A stretch of 40,568 nucleotides of DNA, taken from assembly GCF_001194135.2 (NCBI RefSeq), contig NC_069003.1, positions 7,166,979 through 7,207,546 of the forward strand, written 5' to 3'. Both the position numbers and the translations under genes were made by a program. Each line of letters starts with the position of its first letter. Position 1 is the first letter of the stretch. The notes under the pieces are model-generated. The model had not been told where the DNA came from. It worked only from the letters and a program-made list of their open reading frames with translations, and did no database searches. The stretch comes from Octopus bimaculoides (Eukaryota). Of this stretch, positions 22,801 to 37,400 are shown in pieces.

Positions 22801-25800
22801 TATCTGAGTTCGTTCGTTCGATCGTTCATTCCTTCGTAAGTTCGTACTTACGTGCGTTCGTTCATTTGTTCGCCCGTTCGTTTGCACGTACGTACGCAGG
22901 TTCGATCGTTCGTAATTAGGACGTACGTTCGTTTGTACGTACGGACATAAGGTACGTTCCTTCGTTCGTACGTCCGTTCTTCCGTTCGATCGTTTGTACG
23001 TACGTACATTCGATCGATCGTAGTACATTCGTTCGTTTGTTTGTACGTACGTACGCACTTTCGTTCGTTCGTTCTTACACACGGACATAAGTTACGTTCG
23101 TTCGTTCGTACTTACTTACGTAAATACGTCCGTACGTTCGGTCGTTCGATCATTCGTTCGTTCGTACGTACGTTCGTTCTTTCGTACATACGAACGAAAG
23201 AACGAACGAATGAACGAGTGCACAAAAGAACGAACGCACGAGCGTGCAATCGAACGAACGAACGAACGTAAGTACGTACGAACGAACAAACGTACGTAGG
23301 TACGTAAGTACGAACGAACGATCGAGCGAATGAACGAAAGTACATACGTACGTACGCACGAACGAACGTACGAAAGAACGAACGAATGAATGAACGAACG
23401 TACGCACGTACGAACGAACGAATGATCGAACGTACGTAAATAAGTACGAACGAAAGTACATATGTACGTACGCACGAACGAACGAAAGAAGAAATGAATG
23501 AACGGACGTACGCACGTACGAACGAACTAATGATCGAACGACCAAACGTAGTACGCATTTACATAAGTACGAACGAACGAAAGTGCTACGTACGTACAAA
23601 CAAACGAACGAATGTACGTACATACGTAGTTCGAACGAAAGAATGAACGTACGTACAAACGAACGAACAATCGAACGAAAGAACGTACGTACGTGCGAAC
23701 TAACGAACGAACATACGTGCAAACGTACTTACGAACGATCGAATGAAGGAACGTACCTTATGTCCGTACGTACAAACGAACGAACGAACGTCCGTATTAC
23801 GGACGATCGAACCTGCGTACGTACGTTCGTTCCATCGATCGTACGTGCGTACATTCGTTCGTTCTTTTGTACGTACTTACGCACTTTCTTTCGGTCGTTC
23901 GTTCGTTCTTACGCCCGGACATAAGGTACGTTCGTTCGTACTTACTTACGTAAATACGTACGTACGTTCGATCATTCGTACGTACATGCGTACGTACGTT
24001 CATTCATTCTTTCGTACATTCGTACATACGAACGAACGAATGAACGAGTGCACAAAAGAACGAACGCACGAGCGTACAAACGAACGAACGAACTAAANNN
24101 NNNNNNNNNNNNNNNNNNNNNNNNNNNNNNNNNNNNNNNNNNNNNNNNNNNNNNNNNNNNNNNNNNNNNNNNNNNNNNNNNNNNNNNNNNNNNNNNNNNN
24201 NNNNNNNNNNNNNNNNNNNNNNNNNNNNNNNNNNNNNNNNNNNNNNNNNNNNNNNNNNNNNNNNNNNNNNNNNNNNNNNNNNNNNNNNNNNNNNNNNNNN
24301 NNNNNNNNNNNNNNNNNNNNNNNNNNNNNNNNNNNNNNNNNNNNNNNNNNNNNCGAGTGCACAAAAGAACGAACGCACGAGCGTACAAACGAACGAACGA
24401 ACTAAAGAATTAACGTACGTACGAACGAAAGAACGTAGGTACGAACGAACGAACGAAAGAACGTACGTATGTAAGTACGAACGAAGGTACGTACGAAAGT
24501 ACATACGTACGTGCGTACGTACGCACGAACGAAAGAATGATCGAACGACCGAACGTACGTATTTACGTAAGAACGTATTAACGAACGTAAGTATGAAGGA
24601 ACGAACGAACGAGCGCACAAAAGAACGTACGAACGAAAAACTTACGTACAAACGAACGAACGAACGTACATACGTACGTTCGTTCATTCGTACATACGTA
24701 CGTACATTCCTTCGGTCGTTTGTACGAACGTACGCAGATTCGATCGTTCGTACATACGTAATTACGTTCGTTCGCCCTTTCGTTCGTACGTACGGACATA
24801 AGGTACGTTCCTTCGTTCGTTAGTTTGTACGTACGTATGTTCCTTCTTTCGTTCGTTCGATCGCTCGTTCGTTGGTTCGAACGTACGTAGGTACGTATCT
24901 TCGTTCGTTTGTACTTACGTACTTACATGCATACGCAACTACGTACGAAAGTACGTCCGTTCATTCGTTAGTCCGTCCTTTCGTTCGCTCGTTCGTTCAA
25001 ACGTACATACTTACGTACGTACGCACGTTAGCACTTCCGGTCGTTCGTTCGTACATACGTACGTTCTTTCGTTCGTTCGTTCCATCGTTCGTGTGTATGT
25101 ACGAAAGATCTTTCGTTCGAATGTTCGTACGTACGTACGTTCGTTTGCTTTTTCATTCGTTCGTTCGTTCATTTTGTTCGTTCGCTCGTTTGTACGTACG
25201 TAAGTTCGTTCGTTCGTTTTTATGTACGTTTGTTCGTACGTATGGACTTATGTACGAACGAACGAACGATCGAACGAACATACGTACGTACGTTCGTTCG
25301 TCCGTTCATACGTACGTACATTCCTTCGTTCGTTTGTACGTACGTACGCAGATTCGATCGTTCGTACATACGTAATTACGTTCGTTCGTTCGTTTGTACG
25401 TACGGACATAAGGCACGTTCGTTCGTTCTTTCGTTCGTTCGATCGCTCGGTCGTTGGTTCGAACGTACGTAGTTACGTATCTTCGTTCGTATGTACTTAC
25501 GTACTTACATACGTACGTTCTTTCGTTCGTTCGTACGTACGTAAGTACGCCCGTTCATTCGTTAGTACGTCCTTTCGTAGCTACGTACGAAAGATCGTTC
25601 GTTCGAATATTCCTACGTACGTTCGTCCTTTCGTTCGTTCGTTCTTTCGTTCTTACGCACGGACATAAGTTACCTTCGTTCTACTTACTTACGTAAATAC
25701 GTACGTACGTTCGGTCGTTCGATCATTCGTTCGTTCGTTCTTTCGTACATACGAACGAATGAATGAGTGCACAAAAGAACGAACGCACGAGCGTACAATC

Positions 25801-27061
25801 GAACGAACGAACGTCAGTACGTACGAACAAACTAACGAATGAACGTACGTACTAACGAACGAACGAGCAAAAGAACGTACGTAAGTACGAACGAACGATC
25901 GAGCGAACGAACGAAAGTACATACGTACGTACACACGAACGAACGAATGTACGAAAGAACGAACGAACGAATGAATGAACGAACGTACGTACAATCGAAC
26001 GTACCTTATGTCCGTGCGTAAGAACGAACGAACGAACGAAAGTGCGTACGTACGAACGATCGAATGAACGTACGTACGTACAAACGAACGAACATACGTG
26101 CAAACGATCGAACAAAGGAACGTACCTTATGTCCGTACGTACAAACGAACGAACAAACGAACGAAAGAGCGAACGAACGAACGTACGTCCGTATTACGAA
26201 CGATCGAACCTGGGCACGTACTTGCAAATGAACGAACGTACGTAAGTACGNNNNNNNNNNNNNNNNNNNNNNNNNNNNNNNNNNNNNNNNNNNNNNNNNN
26301 NNNNNNNNNNNNNNNNNNNNNNNNNNNNNNNNNNNNNNNNNNNNNNNNNNNNNNNNNAAGAACGAATTAACGAACGAACGAGCGAACGAGCGCACAAAAG
26401 AACGTACGAACGAAATAAACTTACGTACAAACGAACGAACGAATGAACGTAAGTACGTACGAACGATCGAACGAACGTACGTACGTACGTTCGTTCATCC
26501 GTTCGTTCGTACATTCCTTCGTTCGTTTGTACGTACGTATGCAGATTCGATCGTTCGTATATACGTAATTACGTTCGTTCGTTCGCTCTTACGTTCGTTT
26601 GTTTGTACGTACGGACATAAGGTACGTTCCTTCGTTCGATCGTTCGTTCGTACCTACGTTCGTTCGTTCGTACGTACGTTCTTTCGTTCATTCGGTCGCT
26701 CGCTCGAACGTACGTATCTTCGTTCGTTTGTACTTACGTACGTAACTACGTACGTTCTTTCGTTAGTCCGTTCGAATGTTCCTACGTACGTTCGTCCTTT
26801 CATTCGTTCGAACGTACATACTTACGTACGTTCGTACATATGTACGTTCTTTCGTTCGTACGTACGTACATACGCACGTTCGTTTGCTTTTTCTTTCGTT
26901 CGTTCGCTCGTTTGTACCTACGTACGTAAGTTCGTTCGTTCGTTTGTATGTACGTACGTTCGTTCGTATGTGCATACGTTCGTTCGTTTGTTCGTACGTA
27001 CGTTCGTTCGTTCTTTTTTACGAACGTACGTACGGACGTTCGTTTCGTTGGNNNNNNNNNN

Positions 27062-28476
27062 CTTGGTCAGCAGAAATGTATAGAGAGGGACAGAGAAATG
27101 AAGATGAAGGATTATAAGTCTGACGGATAAAGCTATGGTCAGCAGAAATGTATAGAGTTGTACAGAGATGAAGAGAGAAGAATTATAAGTCTGACGGATA
27201 AAGCCATGGTCAGCAGAAATATATAGAGAGGGACAGAGAGAGACGGAATCGTAGTGGCAGACTACCTTGGTCAGTTGGAAGTAGCAGACCTGAAGGAAAT
27301 GAACTTCGTTGTTGGTAAATGTGCTTTTATATTATTTTAGAGAAAAAAGAACTCTGAGTTGTTAACTGTATTGTTAAATGCTTCTAAAAGAAAGGAAAAG
27401 AAAAGAAATACAAAAAGAAAGAAGCAGAAGAACTTTGTTGTCAAATGAAACTTGAGACACGAACTTTGCGATGTAAAAATGATTGGAAAGCTTATAATTG
27501 CTTGGGAACTTTGACAACGTTATTGAACTGTCATGCCATGTATTGGAATTGTTATTATGTAATGCTCTATTCTAATGTTTTAAATGTATTCTGTGATGTT
27601 ATGTACGACAAAAAGAAAAGGTTACCCAACGCATGGTCTTCGTGTTGTTTCTTCCTCCCCGTCCTATTTGCCTGTGTTGTTCGTTACGTGCTCCAGCCGG
27701 GGCTTTATTATCGGTCAGGATTGTACCGACAGACGAATTTTGCTGGCTCACTGAGTGTTGAACGTTCGCGCGTGCGCGAGTCCCCCTTCGGTGTTTAAGG
27801 AGGTGCTTCGCGTGCGGGCGTTCGTAACAATACGTACGTTCGTTCCATCATTCGTCTTTCGTTTCGTTCGTTCTTTCTTTCGTTCTTACGTACGTACATT
27901 CATTCAATCATTCGTTCATTCGTGCGTACGTACGTACTTACGTTTNNNNNNNNNNNNNNNNNNNNNNNNNNNNNNNNNNNNNNNNNNNNNNNNNNNNNNN
28001 NNNNNNNNNNNNNNNNNNNNNNNNNNNNNNNNNNNNNNNNNNNNNNNNNNNNNNNNNNNNNNNNNNNNNNNNNNNNNNNNNNNNNNNNNNNNNNNNNNNN
28101 NNNNNNNNNNNNNNNNNNNNNNNNNNNNNNNNNNNNNNNNNNNNNNNNNNNNGAACTTTGACAACGTTATTGAACTGTCATGCCATGTATTGGAATTGTT
28201 ATTATGTAATGCTCTATTCTAATGTTTTAAATGTATTCTGTGATGTTATGTACGACAAAAAGAAAAGGTTACCCAACGCATGGTCTTCGTGTTGTTTCTT
28301 CCTCCCCGTCCTATTTGCCTGTGTTGTTCGTTACGTGCTCCAGCCGGGGCTTTATTATCGGTCAGGATTGTACCGACAGACGAATTTTGCTGGCTCACTG
28401 AGTGTTGAACGTTCGCGCGTGCGCGAGTCCCCCTTCGGTGTTTAAGGAGGTGCTTCGCGTGCGGGCGTTCGTAACA
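27062..28476. mobile_element. Non-satellite insert, probable LTR (solo LTR or element end); 27506-27945 is probably duplicated by assembly at 28153-28592
   Basis: Ends in ...GTTCGTAACA (TGTTACG on the other strand, an LTR-type terminus) at 27829/28476, then satellite resumes abruptly. No coding domains are seen and the left end is hidden in a 10-N gap. Confidence 0.5.
27064..27275 (+). repeat. Three tandem ~72-bp repeats inside the insert
   Basis: TGGTCAGCAGAAAT(G/A)TATAGAG starts at 27064, 27136 and 27207; a partial TGGTCAG lies at 27268. Confidence 0.85.
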
Positions 28477-31400
28477 ATACGTACGTTCGTTCCATCATTC
28501 GTCTTTCGTTTCGTTCGTTCTTTCTTTCGTTCTTACGTACGTACATTCATTCAATCATTCGTTCATTCGTGCGTACGTACGTACTTACGTTTGTTCGTTC
28601 GTTTGTACGCTCGTTCTTTTGTACACTCGTTCAATCTTTCGTTCGTTCGTAAGTTCGTACTTACGCACGTTCGTTTGTACGTACGTTCCTTCGTTCGATC
28701 GTTCGTTAGTTCGTTAGTTCGTACGTACGTTCTTCCGTTCGATCGTTTGTACGTACGTACGTTCATTCGTTCGTTCGATCGATCGTACGTACATTCGTTC
28801 GTTCGTTTGTACGTACGTACGCACTTTCTTTCGGTCGTTCGTACGCACTTTCGTTCGTTCGTTCTTACGCACGGACATATGGTACGTTCGTTCGTACGTT
28901 CTTACGCACGGATATAAGGTACGTTCGTTCTACTTACTTACGTAAATACGTACGTTCGGTCGTTTGATCATTCGTTCGTTCGTACGTACGAGCGTGCGTT
29001 CGTTCATTCTTTCGTACATACGAACGAAAGAACGAGTGCACAAAAGAACGAACGCACGAGCGTACAAACGAACGAACGTAAGTACATACGAACGAAGGTA
29101 CGTACGTACGTGCGAACGGACGAAAGTACATACGTACGTACGTACGTACGCACGAACTAACGAACGAATGTACGAAAGAACGAACGAACGAATGAATGAA
29201 CGAACGAACGCACGTACGAACGACCGAACGTATTTACGTAAGTTCGAACGAACGAACGTACATTATGTCCGTGCGTAAGAACGAACGAAAGTGCGTACTT
29301 ACGTACAAACGAACGAACGAATGTTCGAACGAAGGAACGTACCTTATGTCCGTACGTACAAACGAACGAACGAACGAACGTACGTCCGTATTACGAACGA
29401 TCGAACCTGCGTACGTACGTGCAAACGAACGAATGGACGAACAAATGAACGATCGAACTCAGATACGTACCTACGTACACACGATCGAACGAAAAAACGT
29501 ACGAACTAACGAACGAACGTACGTGCAAATGTACGTACGAACGAACGAACGTACGTACTTACGCAAGCACGTACGTACGAACGTACCTTATGTCCATACG
29601 TACAAACGAACGAAGGAACATACGTCCGTATTACGAACGATCGAACCTGCGTACGTACGTGTGAACGAACGGACGAACGAACGTAAGTACGAACTTACGA
29701 ACGAATGAACGATCGAACGAACGTACTAACGAGCGTAAGTACAAACGAATGAACGAGCGCACAAAACAACGTACGAACGAAAAAAACTTACGTACAAACG
29801 AACGAACGAACGAACTTACGTACGTTCGTTCGTACACACGTACGTACATTCCTTTGTTCGTTCGTTCGCTCTTTCGTTCGTTTGTACTCACGGACATAAG
29901 GTACGTTCCTTCGTTCGATCGTTCGTACGTATGTACGTTCGTTGGTTCGTACGTACGTAGGTACATATAGTCGTTCGTTTGCACTTACGTACGTACGTAA
30001 CTATGTACCTACGTAACTATGTACGTTCTTTCGTTCGTACGCATGTAAGTACGTCTGTTCATTCGATAGTTCGTCCCTTCGTTCGTTCGTTCCATCGTTC
30101 GTACGTACGTACGAAAGATTGTTCGTTCGAATGTTCCTACGTACGTTCGTCCTTTCGTTCGTTCGAACGTACATACTTACGTACGTACACACGTTCGTAC
30201 TTTCGTTCGTACATACATACGTAAGAACGTACGTTCTTTCGTTCGTTCGTATGTATGTACGAAAGATCGTTCGTACGAATGTTCGTACGTACGTACATAC
30301 GCACGTTCGTTTGCATTTTTCTTGTTCGTTCGTTCGTCCTTCGTTTCGTTTCGTTCGTTCTTTCTTACGTTCTTACGTACATTCAGTCGTTCGTTCGTTC
30401 GTGCGTACGTACGTTCGTTCGTACATTCTTACGTTCGGTCGTCCGATCGTTCTCTCGTTAGTTCGTTCGTACGTACGTATCTGAGTTCGTTCGTTCGTAA
30501 GTTCGTACATACGTACGCTCGTTCGTTTGTACGTACGTACGCAGGTTCGTTCGTCATTTCGTTTGGTCGTTCGTTCGTTTGTACGTACGGACACAAGGTA
30601 CGTTCCTTCGTTCGATCGATCGTGTGTACGTAAGTTTTTTTCATTCGTACGTTCTTTTGTGCGCTCGTTCGTTCGTTCTTTCCTTTCTTCGTACTTACGT
30701 TCATTAATTCGTTCGTACGTATCTGAGTTCGTTCGTTCGATCGTAAGTTCGTTCATTTGTTCGTCCGTTTGTTCGTACGTATGTACCTACGTTCGTTCGT
30801 TTGCACGTACGTACGCAGGTTCGATCGTTCGTAATACGGACGTACGTTCGTTAGTTCGTACGTACGCTCTTCCGTTCGATCGTTTGTACGCACGTACGTA
30901 CGTTCATTCGTTCGTTCGTTCGATCGATCGTACGTACGTACATCCGTTCGTTCGTTTGTACGTTCGTACGCACTTTCGTTCGTTTGTTCTTACGCACGGA
31001 CATAAGTTACGTTCGTTCGTACTTACGTAAATACGTACGTACGTTCGATCAATTGTTCGTTCGTACGTGCGTACGTTCGTTCATTCGTACATACGAACGA
31101 ATGAACGAGTGCACAAAAGAACGAACGCACGAGCGTACAATCGAACGAACGTACGTACGAACGAACAAACTAAGGAATGAACGTACGTACGAACGAACGA
31201 ACGTAGGTACGTACGGACATAAGGTACGTTCCTTCGTTCGATCGTTCGTACTTCCGTAAGTACGTTCGATCGTTCGTACCTACGTACGTTCTTTCGTTCG
31301 TACGTAAGTACGTCCGTTCATTCGTTAGTCCGTCCTTTCGTTCGTTCGTTCGTACGTACGAAAGATCGTTCGTTCGAATGTTCCTACGTACGTTCGTCCT

Positions 31401-34400
31401 TTATTTCGTTCCAGCGTACATACTTACGTACGTACGCACGTTCGTACTTCCGTTCGTTTGTTCGTACATACGTACGTACGTTCTTTCGTTCCATCGCTTG
31501 TGTGTATGTACGAAAGATCGTTCATTCGAATGTTCGTACGTACGTTCGTTTGCTTTTTCTTTCGTTCGTTCGTTCATTCATTCGTTCATTTCGTTCGTTC
31601 GCTCGTTCGTTCGTATGTACATACGTTCGTTCCTTTGTTCGTACGTATGGACTTACGTACGTACGTTCGTTCTTTCTTACGAACGTACGTACGGACGTTC
31701 GTTCGATCGTTCTTACGTACGAACTTTCGTTATTTGGTTCATTCTTTCGATCGTTCGTTTGTTCGTTCGTTCGTTCGCACGTACGTACGCAGGTTCGTTC
31801 GTTCGTACATTCTTACATCCGTTCGTACGTACGTATCTGAGTTCGTTCATTCGTTCGTTCGTACGTACATTCGTTCGTTCGTTTGTACGTACGCAGGTTC
31901 GTTCGTTCGTTTGTACGTACGCAGGTTCGTTCGTTCGTTCGTCCGTCCGTACTTACGTACGTTCATTCGTTCGTTCGTTTGTACGTACGTTCGTTCGTTG
32001 GTACGTACTTATGTTCGTTCATTCGTTCGTTTGTACGTAAGTTTTTTTCGTTCTTACGTTCTTTCGTCCGTTCGTACGTATCTAAGTTCGTACTTACGTA
32101 GGTTCGTTCATTTGTTCGTCCGTTCGTTCGTACGTACGTACATTCGTTCGATCGTTTGCACGTGCGTACGCAGGTTCGATCGTTCGTAATACCGACGTAC
32201 GTTCGTTCGTTTGTACGTACGGACATAAGGTACGTTCCTTCGTTCGATCGTTCGTTCGTTTGTACGTACGCACGTACGTTCATTCGTTCGTCTGATCGTT
32301 CGTACGTACGTACGTACATTCGTTCGTTTGTACGTACGTACGTATGCACGGACATAAGGTACGTTCGTTCGTTCGATCGTTTGTACTTACTTACGTAAAT
32401 ACGTGGTTCGATCATTCGTTCGTTCGTACGTACGTGCGTACGTTCGTTCTTTCGTACATACGAACGAAAGAACGAACGAGTGAACGAACGAACGTAAGTA
32501 CGTACGAATGAACGTACGAACGAATGAACGTACGTACGTAAGAACGAACGACCGAACGAACAAAAGGAAGGACGAACGTACTACGTACGAACGATCGAAC
32601 GAACGTACGAAAGAATGAATGAACGAACGAACGAAAGAATGAACGAATAACGAACGAAAGTTCGTACGTAAGAACAATCAAACGAACGAGCGAAACGAAC
32701 GAACGAACAAAGGAACGAACGAACGAACGTGAATAAGTCCATACGTACGAGCAAATGAAGGAACAAACGAACGAACGTATGTACATACGAACGAACGAAG
32801 GAACAAACGAACGAACGAACATACGTACATACAAACGAACGGACGAACTTACGTACCTAAGTACAAACGAGCGAACGAACGAAATGAACGAACGAACGAA
32901 AGAAAAAGCAAACGAACGTACGTATGTATGTACGTAAGAACATTCGAACGAATGATCTTTCGTACATACACACGAACGATGGAACGAACGATCGAACGAA
33001 CGGACGGAAGTACGAACTTACGAACGAATGAACGATCGAACAAACGAACGAACGAACGCACGTAAGTACATACGAACGAAGGAACAAAAGAACGAACGAA
33101 CGAAAGAACAAGCGTACAAAACACACGAACGAAAGAAGGTACGTACATACGAACAAACGGAAGAACCAACTAACGAATGAACGGACGTACGTAAGAAAGA
33201 ACGAACGAAAGAACGTACGTACGTACGTACGAACGAACGTACGTATGTACGGACGTACGAATGAACGAACGAACGTACGTACGTCCGAAAAAACGAATGA
33301 TCGAACGAACAAACGAATGAACGTTTGTACGTACGTACGTCTGGACCCAGGAACAAACGTACGTACGTACGAACGATTGAACGAAGAAACGAACGTTCGT
33401 ACGTAAGAACAATCGAACGAACGAGCGAAATTTCCTACGTACGTACGAACGAGCGAAATTCCCTACGTACGTACGAACGAACGAACGTACGTACGTTCGT
33501 CCGTACGTACATGCGTGCGGGTGGATGAAAGAACGAACGAACGTACGTACGTACATGCGTACGGATGGATGAAAGAACGAACGAACGTACATAAGCCATT
33601 AAGTACGAACAAACGAACGTACGTACATACGAACGAACTTCCGTACGTACGAAGGAGCGAACGAACAAAATGACCGAACGAACGAACGTACGTACGAACA
33701 AACGAACGTACGTACGTACTTACGTACGTATGTACGAACAAACGGAAGAACGATCTTTCGTACGTACGTACGAACGATGGAACGAACGAAAGAACGAACT
33801 AACGAATGAACGGACGTACTTACGTACGTACGAACGAAGGAACAAACGAACGAAAATCGTACGTAGGTACGTAAGTTCAAACGAACGAACGAACGAACGA
33901 AAGTACATACGAACGTACGAACGAACGTAGGTACGAACGAACGAAAAAACGTACGTTCGTAAGAACGAACAACCGAACGTACGTTCGTACTTACGTAAGT
34001 ACGTACGGACTTATGTAAGTACGTACGTACGAACGATCGAACGAAGGAACGTACCGTATGTACGTACGTACAAACGAACGATCGAACGAACAAACGAACG
34101 AAAGAGCGAACAAACGAACGATCGAACCTTCGTACGTGCGTACAAATGAACGAACGAATGTACGTACGAACTAACGGACAAACAAATGAACGAACGTACG
34201 TAAGTACGAACTTACGAACGAACGAACGAATTAACGAACGTAAGTACGAAGGAAGGAACGAACGAACGAGCGCACAAAAGAACGTACGAACGAAAAAAAC
34301 ATACGTACAAACGAACGAACGATCTAACGAACGTACGTACGTACTTACGTACGTACGAACGATCGAATGAACAAACGTACCTTGTGTCCGTACGTACAAA

Positions 34401-37400
34401 CGAACGAACCTGCGTACGTACGTGCAAACGAACGAACGAATGTACGTACGGACGAACGAATGAACGAACGTACGTAAGTACGAACTTACGAACGAATAAA
34501 CGATCGAACTCAGATACGTACGTACGTACGAACGAAGAAAGGAACGGACGACCGAACGTAAGAACGTACGAACGAAATAACGAAAGTTCGTAAGTGAGAA
34601 CGATCGAACGAATAAACGAACGTACGTACGTTCGGACGGACGAAAGAACGAACGTACGTACATTAAGTCCATACGTACGAATGAACGGAGGAACAAACGA
34701 ACGAACGTATGTACATTCGAACGAACGAACGTATGTACATACAAACGAACTTACGTACGTATGTACAAAGGAGCGAACGAACGAAATGTACGAATGAATG
34801 AACGAACGAAAGAACAAACAAACGAACATTCGAACGAACGATCTTTCGTACATACACACGAACGATGGAACGAACGAACAATCTAACGAATGAACGTACG
34901 TACCAACGAACGAACGAAAGAACGTACGTACGTAAGTACGAACGAAGGTACGTACGTATGAACGAACGAACGAAAGTACATACGTACGTACGTACGCACG
35001 AACGAATGAATGAACGAATGACCAAACGTACGTACGTATTTACGTAAGTACGAACGAACGAACGTACTTTATGTCCGTGCGTAAGAACGAACGAACGACA
35101 GTGCGTACGTACGAACGATCGAACGAATGAACGTACGTACACACGATCGAACGAAAGAACGTACGAACTAACGAACGTACGTACTTACGTAAGCACGTAC
35201 GTACGAACGAAGGAACGTACCTTATGTCCATACGTACAAACGAACGAACGAAAAAAGGAACGAACGAAGGAACATACGTCCGTATTACGAACGATCGAAC
35301 TTGCGTACGTACGTGTGAACGAACGAACGTAAGTACGAACTTACGAACGAACGAATGAACGAGCGCACAAAACAACGTACGAACGAAAAAAACTTACGTA
35401 CAAACGAACGAACGAACGTAAGTACGAACGAACGAACGTACATTCCTTTGTTCGTTTGTACGTACGTACGCAGATTCGATCGTTCGTAATTACGTTCGTT
35501 CGTTCGTTTGTTCGCTCTTTCGTTCGCTTGTTCGTACGGACATAAGGTACGTTCCTTCGTTCGATCGTTCGTACGTACGTATGTTCTTTCGTTCGTTCGA
35601 TCGCTCGTTCGTTGGTTCGTACGTACGTATCTTCGTTCGTTTGCACTTACGTACGTACGTAACTATGTACGTTCTTTCGTTCGTACGTATGTAAGTACGT
35701 CTGTTCATTCGTTAGTTCGTCCTTTCGTTCGTTCGTTCCATCGTTCGTACGTACGTACAAAAGATCGTTCGTTCGAATATTCCTACGTACGTTCGTCCTT
35801 TCGTTCGTTTGTTCGTTCGAATGTTCGTACGTACGTTTGCTTTTTCTTTCGTTCGTTCGTTCGTTCATTCATTCGTTCGTTTGCACGTACGTACATAAGT
35901 TCGTTCGTTCGTTTGTATGTACGTACGTTCGTTCGTTCGTATGTACATACGTTCGTTCCTTTGTTCCTCCGTTTGTTCGTACGTATGGACTTATGCACGT
36001 ACGTTCCTTCGTTCTATCGTCCGTCCGAACGTACGTTCGTTCGTTCGTTCTTACGAACGTATGTACAGACGTTCGTTCGATCGTACTTACGTACGAACAC
36101 TCGTTCTTTCGTGTGTTATTTCGTTCATTGTTTCGTAGGTTCGTTCGTTCGGAGGTACGTACGTTCGATATTTCGTGTCTACGTACATACGTACGTACGT
36201 TCGTTCGTTCGTCCTTCGTTTCGTTCGTTCGTTCTTACGTACGTTCATTCATTCGTTCATTCGTTCGTACGTACTTACGTTCGTTTGTACGCTCGTGCGT
36301 TCGTTCTTTTGTGCACTCATTCATTCGGTCGTATGTACAAATTTCGGAAAGAACGAACGAACGAATGAATGAATGAACGAACTTACGCACGTACGTACGA
36401 ACGAACGAATGATCGAACGACCGAACGTACGTACGTATTTACGTAAGTATGAACGATCGAACGAACGAATGCACCTTATGTCCGTGCGTAAAAACGAACG
36501 AACGAACGACCGAATGAAAGTGCGTACGTACGTACAAACGAACGAACGAATGTACGTACGAACGATCGAACGAACGAATGAACGTACGTACGTGCAAACG
36601 AACAAGCGATCGATCGAAAGAACGTACGTACGAACTAACGAACGAACGTATGTGCAAACGTACGTACGAACGATCGAACGTACCTTATATCCGTACGTAC
36701 AAACGAACGAACGAAAAAGCGAACAAACGAACGTACGTCCGTATTACGAACGATCGAACCTGCGTACGTACGTGCAAACGAACGAACGAATGTACGTACG
36801 TACGTACGAACGGACGGACGAACAAATGAACGAACGTACCTAAGTAAGAACTTACGAACGAATGAACGATCGAACTCAGATACGTACGTACGAACGAACA
36901 AACGGAGGAACGAACGTAAGAACGTACGCACGAATTAAAGAACGTAAGTACGAAGGAACGAGCGAACGAACGAAGGAAAGAACAAACGAACGAACGAGCG
37001 CACAAAAGAACGTACGAACGAAAAAAACGTACTTACGAACGAACGAACGAAGGAACGTACCTTGTGTCCGTACGTACAAACGAACGAAAGAGCGAACAAA
37101 CGAACATACGTATGTACGAACGACCAAACGAACGAACGAACCTGCGTACGTACGTACAAACGAACGAACGAATGTACGTACGTACGAACGAACGCACGAA
37201 CGAATGAACGAACGAACAAACGAACGAAAGCACGAACAAAAGAACGTACGTACGTATGTACGAACGACCGAACGAACGAACCTGCGTAGGTACGTATAAA
37301 TGAACGAACGAATGTACGCACGTAAGTACGAACGAACTAACGAACGAGTGTACAAAAGAACGAACGCACGAGCATACAAACGAACGAACGAAAGTACGTA

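Noticed and set aside
27506-28592. 440-bp exact direct repeat (27506-27945 = 28153-28592) resembling paired LTRs
   Set aside because: The identical copies end and start exactly at the two edges of one N gap, which is the signature of an unmerged contig overlap.
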